From the NCBI GenBank assembly GCA_950097015.1, contig CATNEN010000011.1, positions 2,232,001 to 2,296,000 of the forward strand: DNA of 64,000 nucleotides, read 5' to 3'. The translations under genes were made by a program, and so were the position numbers. Positions 49,269 to 64,000 of this stretch are shown piece after piece (position 1 is the stretch's first letter; every line of letters begins with the position of its first letter). The notes beneath the pieces were generated by a model. The model did not search any database, was not told the origin of the DNA, and saw nothing but the letters and a program-made list of their open reading frames with translations. The stretch is from Macrostomum hystrix (lineage: Eukaryota > Animalia > Platyhelminthes).

Positions 49269-50087
49269 GACACTGCAGTGAGCGGTGCAGGGAATGCTCA
49301 ATGCCTGTTGAGAGCGGGCTTCCGATATTTCCTGCCCCCCAGAAAAGTCGTTCCCATGGATATATATATTGAGGCAGTGTTTTCACTAATGTCAGTGTGT
49401 CTTAGAATTATAAATTCTTTTCGAGGTCCAGCCTGGCCACTAGCGTTTCGGTTCATTCATTGCGACTTTGTTTTATTATTATTATTATTATCATATTCAT
49501 TAGTTTAGCTGAATGGCGATATAAACTAATTCTGAATTTATGTTTCTTTTCAAACTTCCGGTGCTGTTATTACTCGTATAATTATATGTTTCTGATTCAA
49601 TTATCCAACATGTTTTTTAGCGGATAGAATATGCTAATAAGCATAGACCAAATGCAGGTGAAAAATGTGACATTTCTTACATTCCAATTTTAGTAGAAAA
49701 AAGCTTTTGTTGCACAATTGCGCAATTGTCGCGAAACTGTTATATTAATTATAATTATAATTTTTAGTCAACTTATTACTACTTCAAGGATATTAGTGAA
49801 AGAGGCATTTGACATTAAAAAAACTATTTTAATTGTTTTGCATAGACAAAAAAGACACAGAAGTTTCATAGCCAGTAGTATGGACAGAATATGACAACAC
49901 AAACACGGACAGGTTACAGACAAACAGCACAAAAACATATTCGTAACAATGGATTTATTTTAAAAAATGCGAATAAAAAATTCCCCGCGATGCAACCAAA
50001 ATGAGCTTTTTTCTGAAAAAGCAAAATTTAATTTTGTTTCAAAGACAGCAAAAAATACAGGAAAAAATTGATCATATACGATGATTA

Positions 50088-50668
50088 CTGTAATTGGGGT
50101 ATAGGGGTAATGACCGACCTAAACACACTTAGGGATTGGGGTAATGACCGACATAAACACACTGAGGGATTGGGGCAATGAATGGCCTAAACACACTGAG
50201 GGATTGGGGTAATGACCGACATAAACACACTGAGGGATTGGGGTAATGACCGACATAAACACACTGAGGGATTGGGGTAATGACCGACATAAACACACTG
50301 AGGGATTGGGGCAATGACCGGCCTAAACACACTGAGGGATTGGGGTAATGACCGACATAAACACACTGAGGGATTAGGGTAATGACCGACCTAAACACAC
50401 TGAGGGATTGGGGTAATGACCGACCTAAACACACTGAGGGATTGGGGTAATGACCGACGTAAACACACTGAGGAATTGGGGTAATGACCGACCTAAACAC
50501 ACTGAGGGATTGGGGTAATGACCGACCTAAACACACTGAGGGATTGGGGTAATGACCGACCTAAACACACTGAGGGATTGGGGTAATGACCGACCTAAAC
50601 ACACTGAGGGATTGGGGTAATGACCGACCTAAACACACTGAGGGATTGGGGTAATGAACGATCTAAAC
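50088..50668 (-). repeat. Second array of the 34-bp family, inverted relative to 33273-34156
   Basis: gggattggggtaatgaccgacctaaacacactga is the exact reverse complement of the U2AF1-downstream unit. Confidence 0.97.
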
Positions 50669-50725
50669 CAAAGATAATAGTAAGTTAAGTCAAGCCAGCA
50701 AAGGCAAGAACCCAAGGTCATCAGG

Positions 50726-53700
50726 TCACTGCCCAGATCCTGCACCGGGAGACACCAGCAGGTCTTCAATGTCCAGCCCGGCACCGTCGCGGCTTCCGCG
50801 AAAGATCCAGTCCAAGTTCAGGCCACTGTCGCCCAGACACACCTGCCGCAGCCGTCCGGCTCGCTGCTTGTAATAATAAAAGAAGAAGAACAGGACGCAG
50901 TAGAACATATTCCTGCTGCCGGGGACAATGTCCATGCAGGTGAGCAGCTGCTGCTGCTGCTCTTGCTGACGATGAACAGACAGCAGAAGTAGCTGATAAT
51001 GCGGTGGCTGCCTACAGCTAGACAAGATTCTCATCTCCACACCAGCTGAAGCGGACGAGACAGCCGATGCCGCCATTGTCATTGCTAGATTAGTTGCCGA
51101 ACCGGCGCTTCCAGTCGTCGCTGACGGCCTACTGGCCGCGGTCCCGGAGTCAACATCGCCAGAGCCGGCTGCTGATGTCAAAGCTGGCGTCAATGAATCT
51201 TTGCCATCGGTGGCTGCGGCGGCGGCGGCGGCACTGCTCACCAAGAATACGGAGCTGAACGGGCGCTGGTTGCCAGGCAACGGCGGCAGGCAACGATCCA
51301 GGTAAGCGGCAAGCAGAGACATCACCAAGCGAGCGTCGCTAGGATGCCGGTCAATTATCCAACGATCTGGCGAGCCGGCGTCCCAGTGATAGGCGCGTAG
51401 GCAGGGCAGGCTGCGTGTCAATGGAGGTTGGAATTTTATCACAGCTGGGTGAACTGAAGCAAATACTAATTTTAAGTGTCTTCATCAAAGAAACGAGGAA
51501 GTTTTCCTGGCTGAGATTCGAACTCGTGACCTCTCGAAATAAAGTAAAAGATCTAATCATGAGGCTAAATGATACACATAGGTTACAAAAAAGGTCATTA
51601 ACAGCCTCAGACTACAAGAATCGGTCATTGCCTTCACCCATAGACTACAAGAATCCGTCATTGCCCTCACCCATAGACTACAAGAATCCGTCATTGCCCT
51701 CACCCATAGACTACAAGAATCCGTCATTGCCCTCACCCATAGACCACAATAATCCGCCAATTATCTCACTCACAATATCCTGACGTATTCTAGCGGAAAA
51801 CATACTTTTCGTAAAGCCGACTACTGCTAGTAGAGTAATTTGCGCATCGAACTAAAAGACGCAAATTATCATTATTCTACCGAAATATAAAACTTAAAAA
51901 AAATAAGCGCGAGGGAGGGTGGTGACGGTTCGCTCTTGCTGTCTTGCATCTCTTATGCCCCCCTCTGAATCTATACCCCAGCTATGTGTTCATCATACAG
52001 TACAAACATACTTGTGAGCTTGCGTACCTGTGCTAATGAAATGTTTATGTTGCCTAGCAGAAATATTTATACTTAAAATATTGTTATTACACAAACTGTA
52101 AAAAAATTATTTTTCTACTTCTATTTCTATCTCTCTTTTAACCCCACTATGCAATTACCATAATACTGAATGCTAAATTCAAAATACCCATGTTCTAACC
52201 ACTTTTAACACCATGGCTCAGTGCCCAAATATTCATTGCCTAGTTACTTGATTTACCTATCGCAAATTTTCCCTCGATCTATTTCTTTTTTTATTCGATA
52301 TTTTTTCGAACCCAAAATTCGGACCTTCTAAAATTTATAAATTTCTAAATTACTATTTTTTACTTTTATATATTTTTTAATAGAAATGTTTTAATACAAG
52401 TATAGAAAATATATACAGCAGTAGAGCCCCCACAAAGGGCTGACCTGCAGTCCAGATTGGACGAGGCCGTTTAACAACAACAATTATCTCACCCATAGAC
52501 TACAAGAATCCGTCATTGCCCTCACCCATAGACTACAATAATCCGTCAATTATCTCTCCCATAGACTACAAGAATCCGTCATTGCCCTCACCCATAGACT
52601 ACAAGAATCCGTCAATTATCTCTCCCATAGACTACAAGAATCCGTCATTGCCCTCACCCATAGACTACAAGAATCCGTCATTAATCTCACCCATAGACTA
52701 CAATAATCCGTCAATTATCTCTCCCATAGACTACAAGAATCCGTCATTGCCCTCACCCATAGACTACAAGAATCCGTCAATTATCTCTCCCATAGACTAC
52801 AAGAATCCGTCATTGCCCTCACCCATAGACTACAAGAATCCGTCATTAATCTCACCCATAGACTACAATAATCCGTCAATTATCTCTCCCATAGACTACA
52901 AGAATCCGTCATTGCCCTCACCCATAGACTACAAGAATCCGTCATTGCCCTCACCCATAGACTACAAGAATCCGTCATTAATCTCACCCATAGACTACAA
53001 GAATCCGTCATTATTCTCACCCATAGACTACAAGAATCCGTCATTAATCTCACCCATAGACTACAAGAATCCGTCATTAATCTCACCCATAGACTACAAG
53101 AATCCGTCATTAATCTCACCCATAGACTACAAGAATCCGTCATTAATCTCACCCATAGACTACAAGAATCCGTCATTAATCTCACCCATAGACTACAATA
53201 ATCCGTCAATTATCTCTCCCATAGACTACAAGAATCCGTCATTGCCCTCACCCATAGACTACAAGAATCCGTCATTAATCTCACCCATAGACTACAATAA
53301 TCCGTCAATTATCTCTCCCATAGACTACAAAAATCCGTCATTAATCTCACCCATAGACTACAAGAATCCGTCATTAATCTCACCCATAGACTACAAGAAT
53401 CCGTCATTAATCTCACCCATAGACTACAAGAATCCGTCATTAATCTCACCCATAGACTACAAGAATCCGTCATTAATCTCACCCATAGACTACAAGAATC
53501 CGTCATTAATCTCACCCATAGACTACAAGAATCCGTCATTAATCTCACCCATAGACTACAAGAATCCGTCATTAATCTCACCCATAGACTACAAGAATCC
53601 GTCATTAATCTCACCCATAGACTACAAGAATCCGTCATTGCCCTGACCCATAGACTACAAAGTAGTCCTAGAAATGAGCTAGGACAGTGCAACCAACCTT

Positions 53701-56459
53701 GCCAATTCTGACAGTCTCCTAACCAGATAACTCTGATCATCGCAGGCCTGCAGGTAAGGCAGCAGGGGTGTCAAAGTTTTAGACCAAGGCGAAGTAGCAT
53801 TTGAACAAACGGCCTGCAGTTGAGGTAAACTAGCTTGGCCTAGCAACATGTCGGGCGAAGCGCCGGCCTCTCTTAGTCGAGCATTGGCTAGTTCAATATC
53901 GCGATACAGTGGCTCAATGAGGGTGCCGTGAAGCCATACCCGAATGCCCTGCAGCCAGCCATCTAGGCCGCGTGGAGTACAGGCCAATTCTAAATCGATG
54001 CCTAGAGCTCTAGTTGTCTGCTCTGAAGTCAAGCGAGTCACAGACGACGATTTCAAATTAGAAGCGGAATCTGATTTTCTCTGCTGCTGCTGCTGCTGTT
54101 GTTGTTGACTTTCATCGGTTAGATAGGGCGAATTCGAAATAACAGCCGAGGTTCGACTTCGATTTAATTGGCGACTTGGCGACGGTGTGCCAAGCTGGTA
54201 GCGAAGTCGAGACAGATAGCTAAAGTCGTCTAGCTGCTGATTGTGACTGTTGGCACCGCTGCCACCGAGAAGTAGCGAGGCGGAAAGTGCGGACAGGTTT
54301 CTGGAGGAGTTAAAGGTATAATGAGATCTAATCTAATCACAGATCTACTCATATATATCTAGTATAATCATAAATCTATTCATCTAGATCTATTCTGATC
54401 CCAAATCTATTCATTTAGATCTAGTCTAATCACAAATCGAATCATCTAGATCAAGTCTAATCACAAATCGAATCATCTAGATCAAGTCTAATCACAAATC
54501 GAATCATCTAGATCTACTCTGATCCCAAATCTATTCATCTAGATCTAGTCTAATTACTAATCTACTTCTCTAGATCTAGTGTAATCCATATTATAGTCAC
54601 TAATTAATTCTTAATTCAAACCTTGGCGGAGAAAAATATGCCGAAAAGTCGCCGGAAGCCCCAGAAGAACAGCTGTTGAAGCTGGTCACCTGACGGTTTT
54701 GCCCAGCGCCACCACCGCTGCCACCAATGATGAACTTTGCCGACTGAGCTAATTGGCTAAGTCCGCTACTCAGTTGTCTATTAAACTGCTGCTTCAGCTG
54801 CTGCTGTCTAGCAGAGGCTGGCGACGCCGACGGCAGGTACATTGTGTCCAACAGACTGGGCGTTCTAGGCGACGATGTCGACGGCAGCATCAGCGAAGGC
54901 GGCGGAGTGAGGCGAGCAGTAGAGGGTGGCGATTTTTTCACGCTAGTCGGCGAAGACACAGGAGATGTAGCTGGCCGTACAGTCAATAGATTTGAGCCTG
55001 TTGAAAATATAAGCTTTATTTTTATTAAAGACAGCAACCTATTAATTAAAGACAAACAGTAATAACAATTACTTACAATGAAAGCTTTTTGTCAGGCGCA
55101 TCTTCTCCTCTTCGCTGTTGACAATAAATTTTCTACTCAGTCTGTAGCAGCAGAGCACATAGCGTATGCCAAACTCTAGTATGTTCCAGCCAAGCAGTGC
55201 AATCACAGCCAAACCTAGCAATGAAGGAAGTTTTATATATTATCAATTAGGATCTGAGTAAATCAGTTTTATGAGCAGTGAGTAATAAAACAGAATTACT
55301 TACAGATCTGTGAATAATAGTGGCCATACTTTGCTAGCACTGGAAAAAGCCATAGAAGACACTGCCAACGTCTAAAAATGAAAAGCTTTCTTTTGAATTT
55401 TTCTTCTTTTTTTTATTTAATTTTTTACCACCAGGCCTAATTATATCATTTATGTTGCAGTGGCCTTTTTACAAATTGAAAATTCAAATTGGTTGAATAA
55501 AATAGATCTATAATTTTATATAAAGATTTGTATATTTAAAAAAGTATCAATGAGTTGTTGTAAATGTAAGTTAAATTGATTGTTATAGTTGATTATTAGT
55601 TACAAAAGTATAATTAGTTTTGATATTTGTTCTTTTAACTATCAAAAACAAATTTATCTACTGTATAGGAATATATGTAAAGTTTGTGCAGATAGGTGAC
55701 AGGGGTGGTCTTAAATGTTATAAGCCCAACTAAAATTACCAAGATGTCTAACAAAAAACTAAAAAGTATGCATTTAAGAAACTAGTAAATTTTTATTGCT
55801 GTGAAAAAACTGATGTGATTATTAAAGTGCAACAGGCTTGGTGAAAATGTAACAGACAAGTGTTAGTGAAATTTTTATATATTCTAATTAATTCTAATTA
55901 ACTAAGGTTAATCTAATGAACTGTTGTTTATACTATTTTTAGATAATGACTTTCATACTTAATGATTGTAACAAATAACTGACTAATAAAGTACTAGGTA
56001 GCTAAACCCAACAGTAGGCCAAGGCCAAGCTAAAAAGTATGAATATTAAACTGACTGGCTTGCTAGGCCTAACAATATACTCCTAGTCCTAACCTGTTTG
56101 CAAACAATATTATAAAGCAGCTCTAAAATACACATCTGAAAAATTTAGTTAGCAAATAGCTATTTATTGCTTTAACTTAAAAGTTTAAGGCTTATATGCA
56201 AAAAACTTAGGGCCTTAGCTAGAAAATTGAAATGTAGGCCTAGCTAACTTGCCAATTACAAGACACTAAAGTGATTTTTTTTTCTCATTTATAAAATTTA
56301 AAAAAGTTAGTAGGCCTACCTTTCCGAAGCAACAACGAGAAGAACCAAGATGTTAATAAGAACATTCAAAGCTGCCCTACTTCTAATCCAGCGAATATGT
56401 TGCTGGAAAGTAAAATATTTTAGAAAAGGGCTCTGCCAGATGTGAACATGAGAGTTCAT
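50726..56459 (-). CDS. TMEM209: Transmembrane protein 209-like nuclear envelope protein (about 669 aa, 6 exons)
   Basis: Exons 56459-56320, 55371-55304, 55214-55077, 54997-54622, 54300-53698, 51410-50726, phases consistent. Two N-terminal hydrophobic segments, S/P-rich middle, LRYQL, IRVWLHGTLIEPL, QSYLVRRLSELA, PSDARLVMSLLAAYLDRCLP, PPHYQL, GSRNMFYCVLFFFFY. Confidence 0.85.
51430..51560 (-). mobile_element. Diverged SINE family 1 fragment
   Basis: cagctgggtgaactgaagca...aagtgtc...gagattcgaactcgtgacct matches the family core and B-box in reverse. Confidence 0.55.
51600..53660. repeat. 33-bp minisatellite ctcacccatagactacaagaatccgtcattaat in two blocks (51600-51770, 52483-53660)
   Basis: Period 33; last TMEM209 intron. 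Confidence 0.95.
51770..52482 (+). mobile_element. Probable retroposed insertion with (AAC)n tail splitting the 33-bp array
   Basis: A non-repeat block lies between the two halves of the array, ends ...gaggccgtttaacaacaac, and is flanked by caattatctcac on both sides (also array-like, so the TSD is not independent evidence). Confidence 0.45.
54320..54590. repeat. About 31-bp array tctaatcacaaatcgaatcatctagatcaag
   Basis: Direct inspection. Confidence 0.8.
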
Positions 56460-58202
56460 TTTCTGTCCTTGACCTTGACTTAAAAACTGCCGATTTTATT
56501 TTCAAATGACGTGAATAAGTACACATTAAAGAAAAATTATTTTACAACAGAAACATTAGAGACGTGCTTGCAGCTCAAGGCTAGAGTAGAGCTGAAGTTC
56601 TGCTGTGTGGACCCTGATTTTCAGTGAATCAACCGGCGCATGATTGGGATTTGAAATTAGAAAATAAACAAAACAAGTAAAAAGCTTTTAGCGCCTTATA
56701 TGGTGAATTTCTTAAACATCTAATTCAAATGTGACGTAATATATCTAGATATGCCTAGTTATATAAAATATGTATAAAACAGCACTAAAGAATTATCACT
56801 GCGATAAACTAAGGCGCAGTTTTGAATCTTGGAAAAAATTAAAAAGTTGTCAAAGCATCGAGGATCCTGCGTAGAGTTCATAATTGCGTTTACTTAATAT
56901 ATTTTTATAAACCATCTCAATCGGCACATATTTACACAACGGTCTGTCATATAGCTTAATTTTTATATAGCTGCACTCCGCTACTTTAACGGTTTATTGG
57001 TGCAGTGTCATTTTGAATGTATATATATAAAGATTGGTTGCTAGATAACAACAAACCAATATAATTATTTAGAAACCTAATAGGCTATTAAAAAGTGGGT
57101 AAAAGCAATGTGAAATTAGTTTTAACCTGCTTGTTTTATCGAACTTATGAAATCAAATAAGCTTTTATGAAACTGAAATATGTTAATTTTAACCAATTGT
57201 ACTTTCAACCAATCTTTTAAATCCATAATCTGAAACGAAATTCACCAACCTAGATAGCAAGCAAAAAACAGCAATTATTACTTGCTTTTATCATAAATAT
57301 TAAGTATATCATTTTCATACAACTTAGATGGCTATAAAAAGTTGAAATAATTCTTTTGATGATACAACATTTTTTAAAACTTTTTTTGAAGCTTCAGTGT
57401 TCAATGAAAATAATAAATCACAACTACAGGACCTATTTAGAATATTAACTTACATATTTTTTGTAAAAATATATAAGTTTTATCTTAGGAATGTTTTTAT
57501 ATTGTAGTAGGGATGCTTTTATTATTTCTTTAAAGTCAAATTCGTGCCTATGCTTTTTGTTTGAATGCGCTAAATATTTTTTATATGTAAAATATTTTAA
57601 ATATTTTGTCAAATTCGTTTACTTTAACAAACATTTTCTTTTGTGTATATAAACGAGTGTAATTCAGTTGAGACAAATCAACGTGCCAGTGTGGCGAAAA
57701 GCAAATAAGCTATTACTGAAGAAGAAAAGTGTTGAGTTGGTTATTTGAGGCTGTGACCCTCTGATCCACAGAAAAACGCCCAGCAAAGACTGGAGAATAG
57801 TAAGCCAGTGCCTTAGAAGGTTAAACCGCTCGTGCCGAGTGATACGCTACCATTAGAGAGAAAAGTAGAGAGACAAGCCCTGTTACAATATGATTATATT
57901 AAATTCAAATTACATTTTTGTGTTTTAAAGTTACTTCTTATGATTTCATGAAAAATAAATTTGCTCAAACCCAAGTACTTGTTTTTTTCTAAATGTCTTC
58001 TAGGTTGGAAGGGTTTTTATTAAAAAAAAATTATCAATTCAATACAAATAAATATTTAGATTGATAACTAAATAATAATATTTACTAATAACTGTTATTG
58101 CAAACTAAAATAAAATGTTCTGAATCTTGGAAATATATATTTTTCAGAGTGTCTGCCCTGAACGATATCAGGCTTGTGCTAGCTGTTATACGAGCTATAA
58201 GC
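56460..58202. promoter_or_regulatory. Probable bidirectional promoter region of head-to-head TMEM209 and TMEM184
   Basis: Divergent start codons 1.74 kb apart; AT-rich; no specific element identified. Confidence 0.45.
57642..57887 (-). repeat. Second copy of the 250-bp TG...CA repeat, in the TMEM209/TMEM184 divergent intergenic region
   Basis: Reverse-complement alignment to 25275-25526. Confidence 0.65.
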
Positions 58203-60906
<2,704 letters not shown>

Positions 60907-61109
60907 TAAGTGTAAAATGCTATACAATCTACTAGACTTAGTGTAGTAGTGTAGTTTGCCGTGCTTTTTTGTTTTTATTCCCACTGTGAAACTTTTCAAT
61001 TTTAGTCGTTCAATAGATTTCTTAGAATGTACGGACTTTTGTTATGCTATGGTAGCATTCAAACAATAAATCTGGCAGAATTTCAGATGGGGCAGAAATT
61101 TTGCTTGGA

Positions 61110-62125
61110 GTCTCTCGAACACTCGTCTTTTCGAAGAAATACCACTCTCTCACTCGAACACTCTTCTTTCCCTAAAATTTCACTCTTTCTCAAACACTTT
61201 CCAAGAAATGTCACTCTCTCTCTCGAACACTAGTCTTTCCAAAGTAGTATGCAAGAGGGGCTATCTGGGACAAACGTTAACGCAGTCTCCATAATCCCCA
61301 ATCTGTTAACTTTATTATTCCCTAAAGAGATCAGGATGTTGATGTGCTAAGTTTTTTGTGACTGAAGTTTAATGAGAAATCCCATTTCGTCGAAAGTTGT
61401 GATTCGTAGAACTATGAGTGTTCGATAGAGAGCAATTTCTTGGAAAGAAGAGTGTTCGAGAGTGATATTTCTAGGAAAGACGAGTATTTAAAAGAGTGAT
61501 ATTTCTAGGAAAGACAAGTATTTAAAAGAGTGATATTTCTAGGAAAGACGAGTGTTTGAAAGAATAATATTTCTTGGAAAGTCAAGTGTTTGAAAGAATA
61601 ATATTTCTTGGAAAGTCAAGTGTTTAAAAGAGTGATATTTCTTGGAAATACGAGTGTTCGATAGAGTGATATTTCTAGGAGTGACGAGTTTGCGAGAGTG
61701 ACATTTCTAGGAAAGACGAGTATTTAAAAGAGTGATATTTCTAGGAAAGACGAGTGTTTGAAAGAATAATATTTCTTGGAAAGTCAAGTGTTTAAAAGAG
61801 TGATATTTCTTGGAAATATGAGTGTTCGAGAGAGTGATATTTCTAGGAAAGACGAGTTTGTGAGTAATTTATATTTTTTGGAAAGACGAGTGTTCAAGAG
61901 AGTGATATTTCTTGGAAAGACGAGTGTTTGAGAGAATGATATTTCTTGGAAAGACGAGTTTGCGAGTAATTTATATTTTTTGGAAAGACGAGTGTGCAAG
62001 AGAGTGATATTTCTTGGAAAGACGAGTTTGCGAGTGAATGATATTTCTTGGAAAGACGAGTGTTCAAGAGAGTGGTATTTCTAGGAAAGACGAGTGTTTA
62101 AATGAGTGATATTTCTTGGAAAGTA
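61110..62125. repeat. About 32-bp array gagtgatatttctaggaaagacgagtgttcga present in both orientations
   Basis: 61110-61245 is the reverse complement of the units at 61410-62125. Confidence 0.85.
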
Positions 62126-62449
62126 GTATGCAATTGGGGCTATCTGGGAAAACTTTTACGCAGTCTCCATGATCGCCAATCTGTTAACTTTATTATTCCC
62201 GAAGAGATCAGGTAAAAAATGGTCCTCGCCTCTCCAAAAGTCTGTCTCTAAATTCTAAATTCTCCACTTCATTTTTAAAGTACATATTCCACAAAATGTA
62301 CTTAAAATGGGTCAATATCTTTCCGAGTCGTATTCTTTGAGTAAACTATTCTAGGACAAACATTATTGCAGCCTCCATATTAACATTATTATTATTCCCA
62401 AGGAGATCAGGAACAAGGGTACCTGCCTCGCAAAAAAGCTGTCTCTATT

Positions 62450-64000
62450 GTCTTAACTGATTATTCTGAGGAAATATTGGCCCAACGTTGATATCAATGT
62501 CCGTAACATTAATCTAACAGTTAAGAGTCCCTGGTTTCATAAGTATGGAGTAACCATAAAGGACTATGACAGCTACTATAAAATTTTGCTGAAATCATTA
62601 AGCAATTGTAATTTTTCTCTCACATACTCTCAATGATCAACGTCAATACAAAATCTTCATTGTTGAAATCAATATTCCAACACCATCTTCCCTCTCAAAC
62701 TGCAGCACAATCTCGTGAATCACCTTATTACTCAATACAACTCATCTATTATTCTTATCCGGTGTTGTATTGTTAACGACAATCGTTATTGCTCATGTGC
62801 TATTTTGTTCTAGAATTATCTTCGCGGCAGTTCCACAGCAATCCAAATTCATGAGTTATATGTATTACACAATCTATAAGGAGGCAGCCTCCAACTTGTC
62901 CTGTCGAATTAAACAATGTCTCAAGAGTTGACTTCAGAGCTATCTGAGCGGTTACAATCAACGGAGGATATTAAAACCGTTTTTCGACGCATTCTGCAGG
63001 AGTTTGTGCCTGTCGAAAAGCAAGATGAATGTGTAAGGCCATGATTGATAAACTCTATTTACGCTATCCCCCATCGGCTACATCTGCAGCAGACTTTGCC
63101 GCCCGTCTTAAGGAAAAATTGAAAATCATTCTCGAATGAAAGTCACCTTCCTGCCACCACCACATGAAAAGCTTAGAAAGCATTCTACAGTCTGATGCTG
63201 ACTTCTGGCGCAACACGTGAACTTTTAGACTGCTTGCTAACTGTTCCGGCAGATTTTTTTACGTTGCTAGGCAACCATAATTCCCCATTGAGAGGCACAC
63301 GAGCAACCCCCCTATACCAAACTATTGATTTTTGGCGCGCGGTAAAAATTTCTCTAATGAATTTGGACAAGTATACAAACAGCTGTGACTGACTGTATAC
63401 GTTCATTTTTAATTGCTCAGCCAGTAGAGTTAAATCAAGCACTAAGCCTTCTCAACTCCCAGTTCTTTCAGAAGAATTCAAAGTTTTTTATTTGGCGCAT
63501 GCAATACAAAGCCTGCCCCATCTCCCAAACAGCCACCAATCCCCAACCCAAAATTTGACTTACAAAAAATAACAGCTTTAACTGGCTTCCGCGCGAGCGA
63601 CTCCTTCCATGCCCACTCGACGCCCCCATATTGTCTAGCATTCTGAGCATTTCTTTATCCCAGCGAGTCTTCCCCTCTGGAGAATCCCTATACTTAATGT
63701 CATGCCACACAGACAGAGTCTAGCTCATTCACAGGCTCATGTCCAGGATTTGGATTATCGTTTTTATCTATAGCTGTATTTCAAGCGGATTACCGCCAGA
63801 GCGTGGTAAAAATTGACAGATCAGAAACTTCAAAAGCTCTACTACGACGACAAAGGATTCTTTGTAGGAAAAAAAATGCAGTCACCAAACTCGCAGAAGT
63901 AAGTAATGAATCAAAACAAACAGTTGAAAGTTGGCTCTCTAAGCCTAAGGAATCATGAACTTTGACCCTGCAGAAAAACCTATAGGCTCTCATTGGGTCT
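62450..64000. mobile_element. Degenerate Maverick/Polinton-like remnant (integrase N-terminus and adenain-type protease motif)
   Basis: From 63813, LTDQKLQKLYYDDKGFFVGK then (frameshift in the A8 run) NAVTKLAEVSNESKQTVESWLSK. From 63949, GIMNFDPAEKPIGSHWV. Other broken ORFs lie at 62916-63139 (+) and 63185-63710 (-). Confidence 0.5.

Noticed and set aside
52516-53646. 376-aa SPIDYKNPSL ORF, superficially like an RNA polymerase II CTD or tyrosine repeat
   Set aside because: 33-bp array antisense in a TMEM209 intron; TTG start and no unique sequence.

Overview
Eukaryotic (animal) genomic DNA with spliceosomal GT-AG introns; nothing here is prokaryotic. GC-rich exons, poly-Ala/Gln tracts and a minisatellite in almost every intron recall Macrostomum-type flatworm genomes (inference only). 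Hand-spliced, phase-consistent gene models in order: OPLAH 5-oxoprolinase (+, 5'-partial, 328-9666); POFUT1 (+, 12930-15866); two unrecognised paralogous two-exon tyrosine-motif genes (-, 17059-18729 and 20060-21315); a nested transposon cluster (about 24630-30400); U2AF1 (+, 28936-33155); an SLC6 amino-acid-type transporter (-, 35977-49268); TMEM209 (-, 50726-56459); and TMEM184 (+, 3'-partial, from 58203). Roughly a third of the window is 19-38 bp tandem arrays, which generate most long ORFs in the track. Most notable: (1) a candidate two-exon gene with a SUMO-like segment nested in an OPLAH intron; (2) the disordered ITIM-like tyrosine-motif paralogue pair; (3) 3'UTR minisatellites built from or bounded by splice signals, with one 34-bp family behind the stop codons of both U2AF1 and TMEM209; (4) a MITE carrying paired p53-type decamers; (5) a decayed Maverick/Polinton-like remnant at the right edge. 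All coordinates were read by eye; repeat boundaries are approximate.
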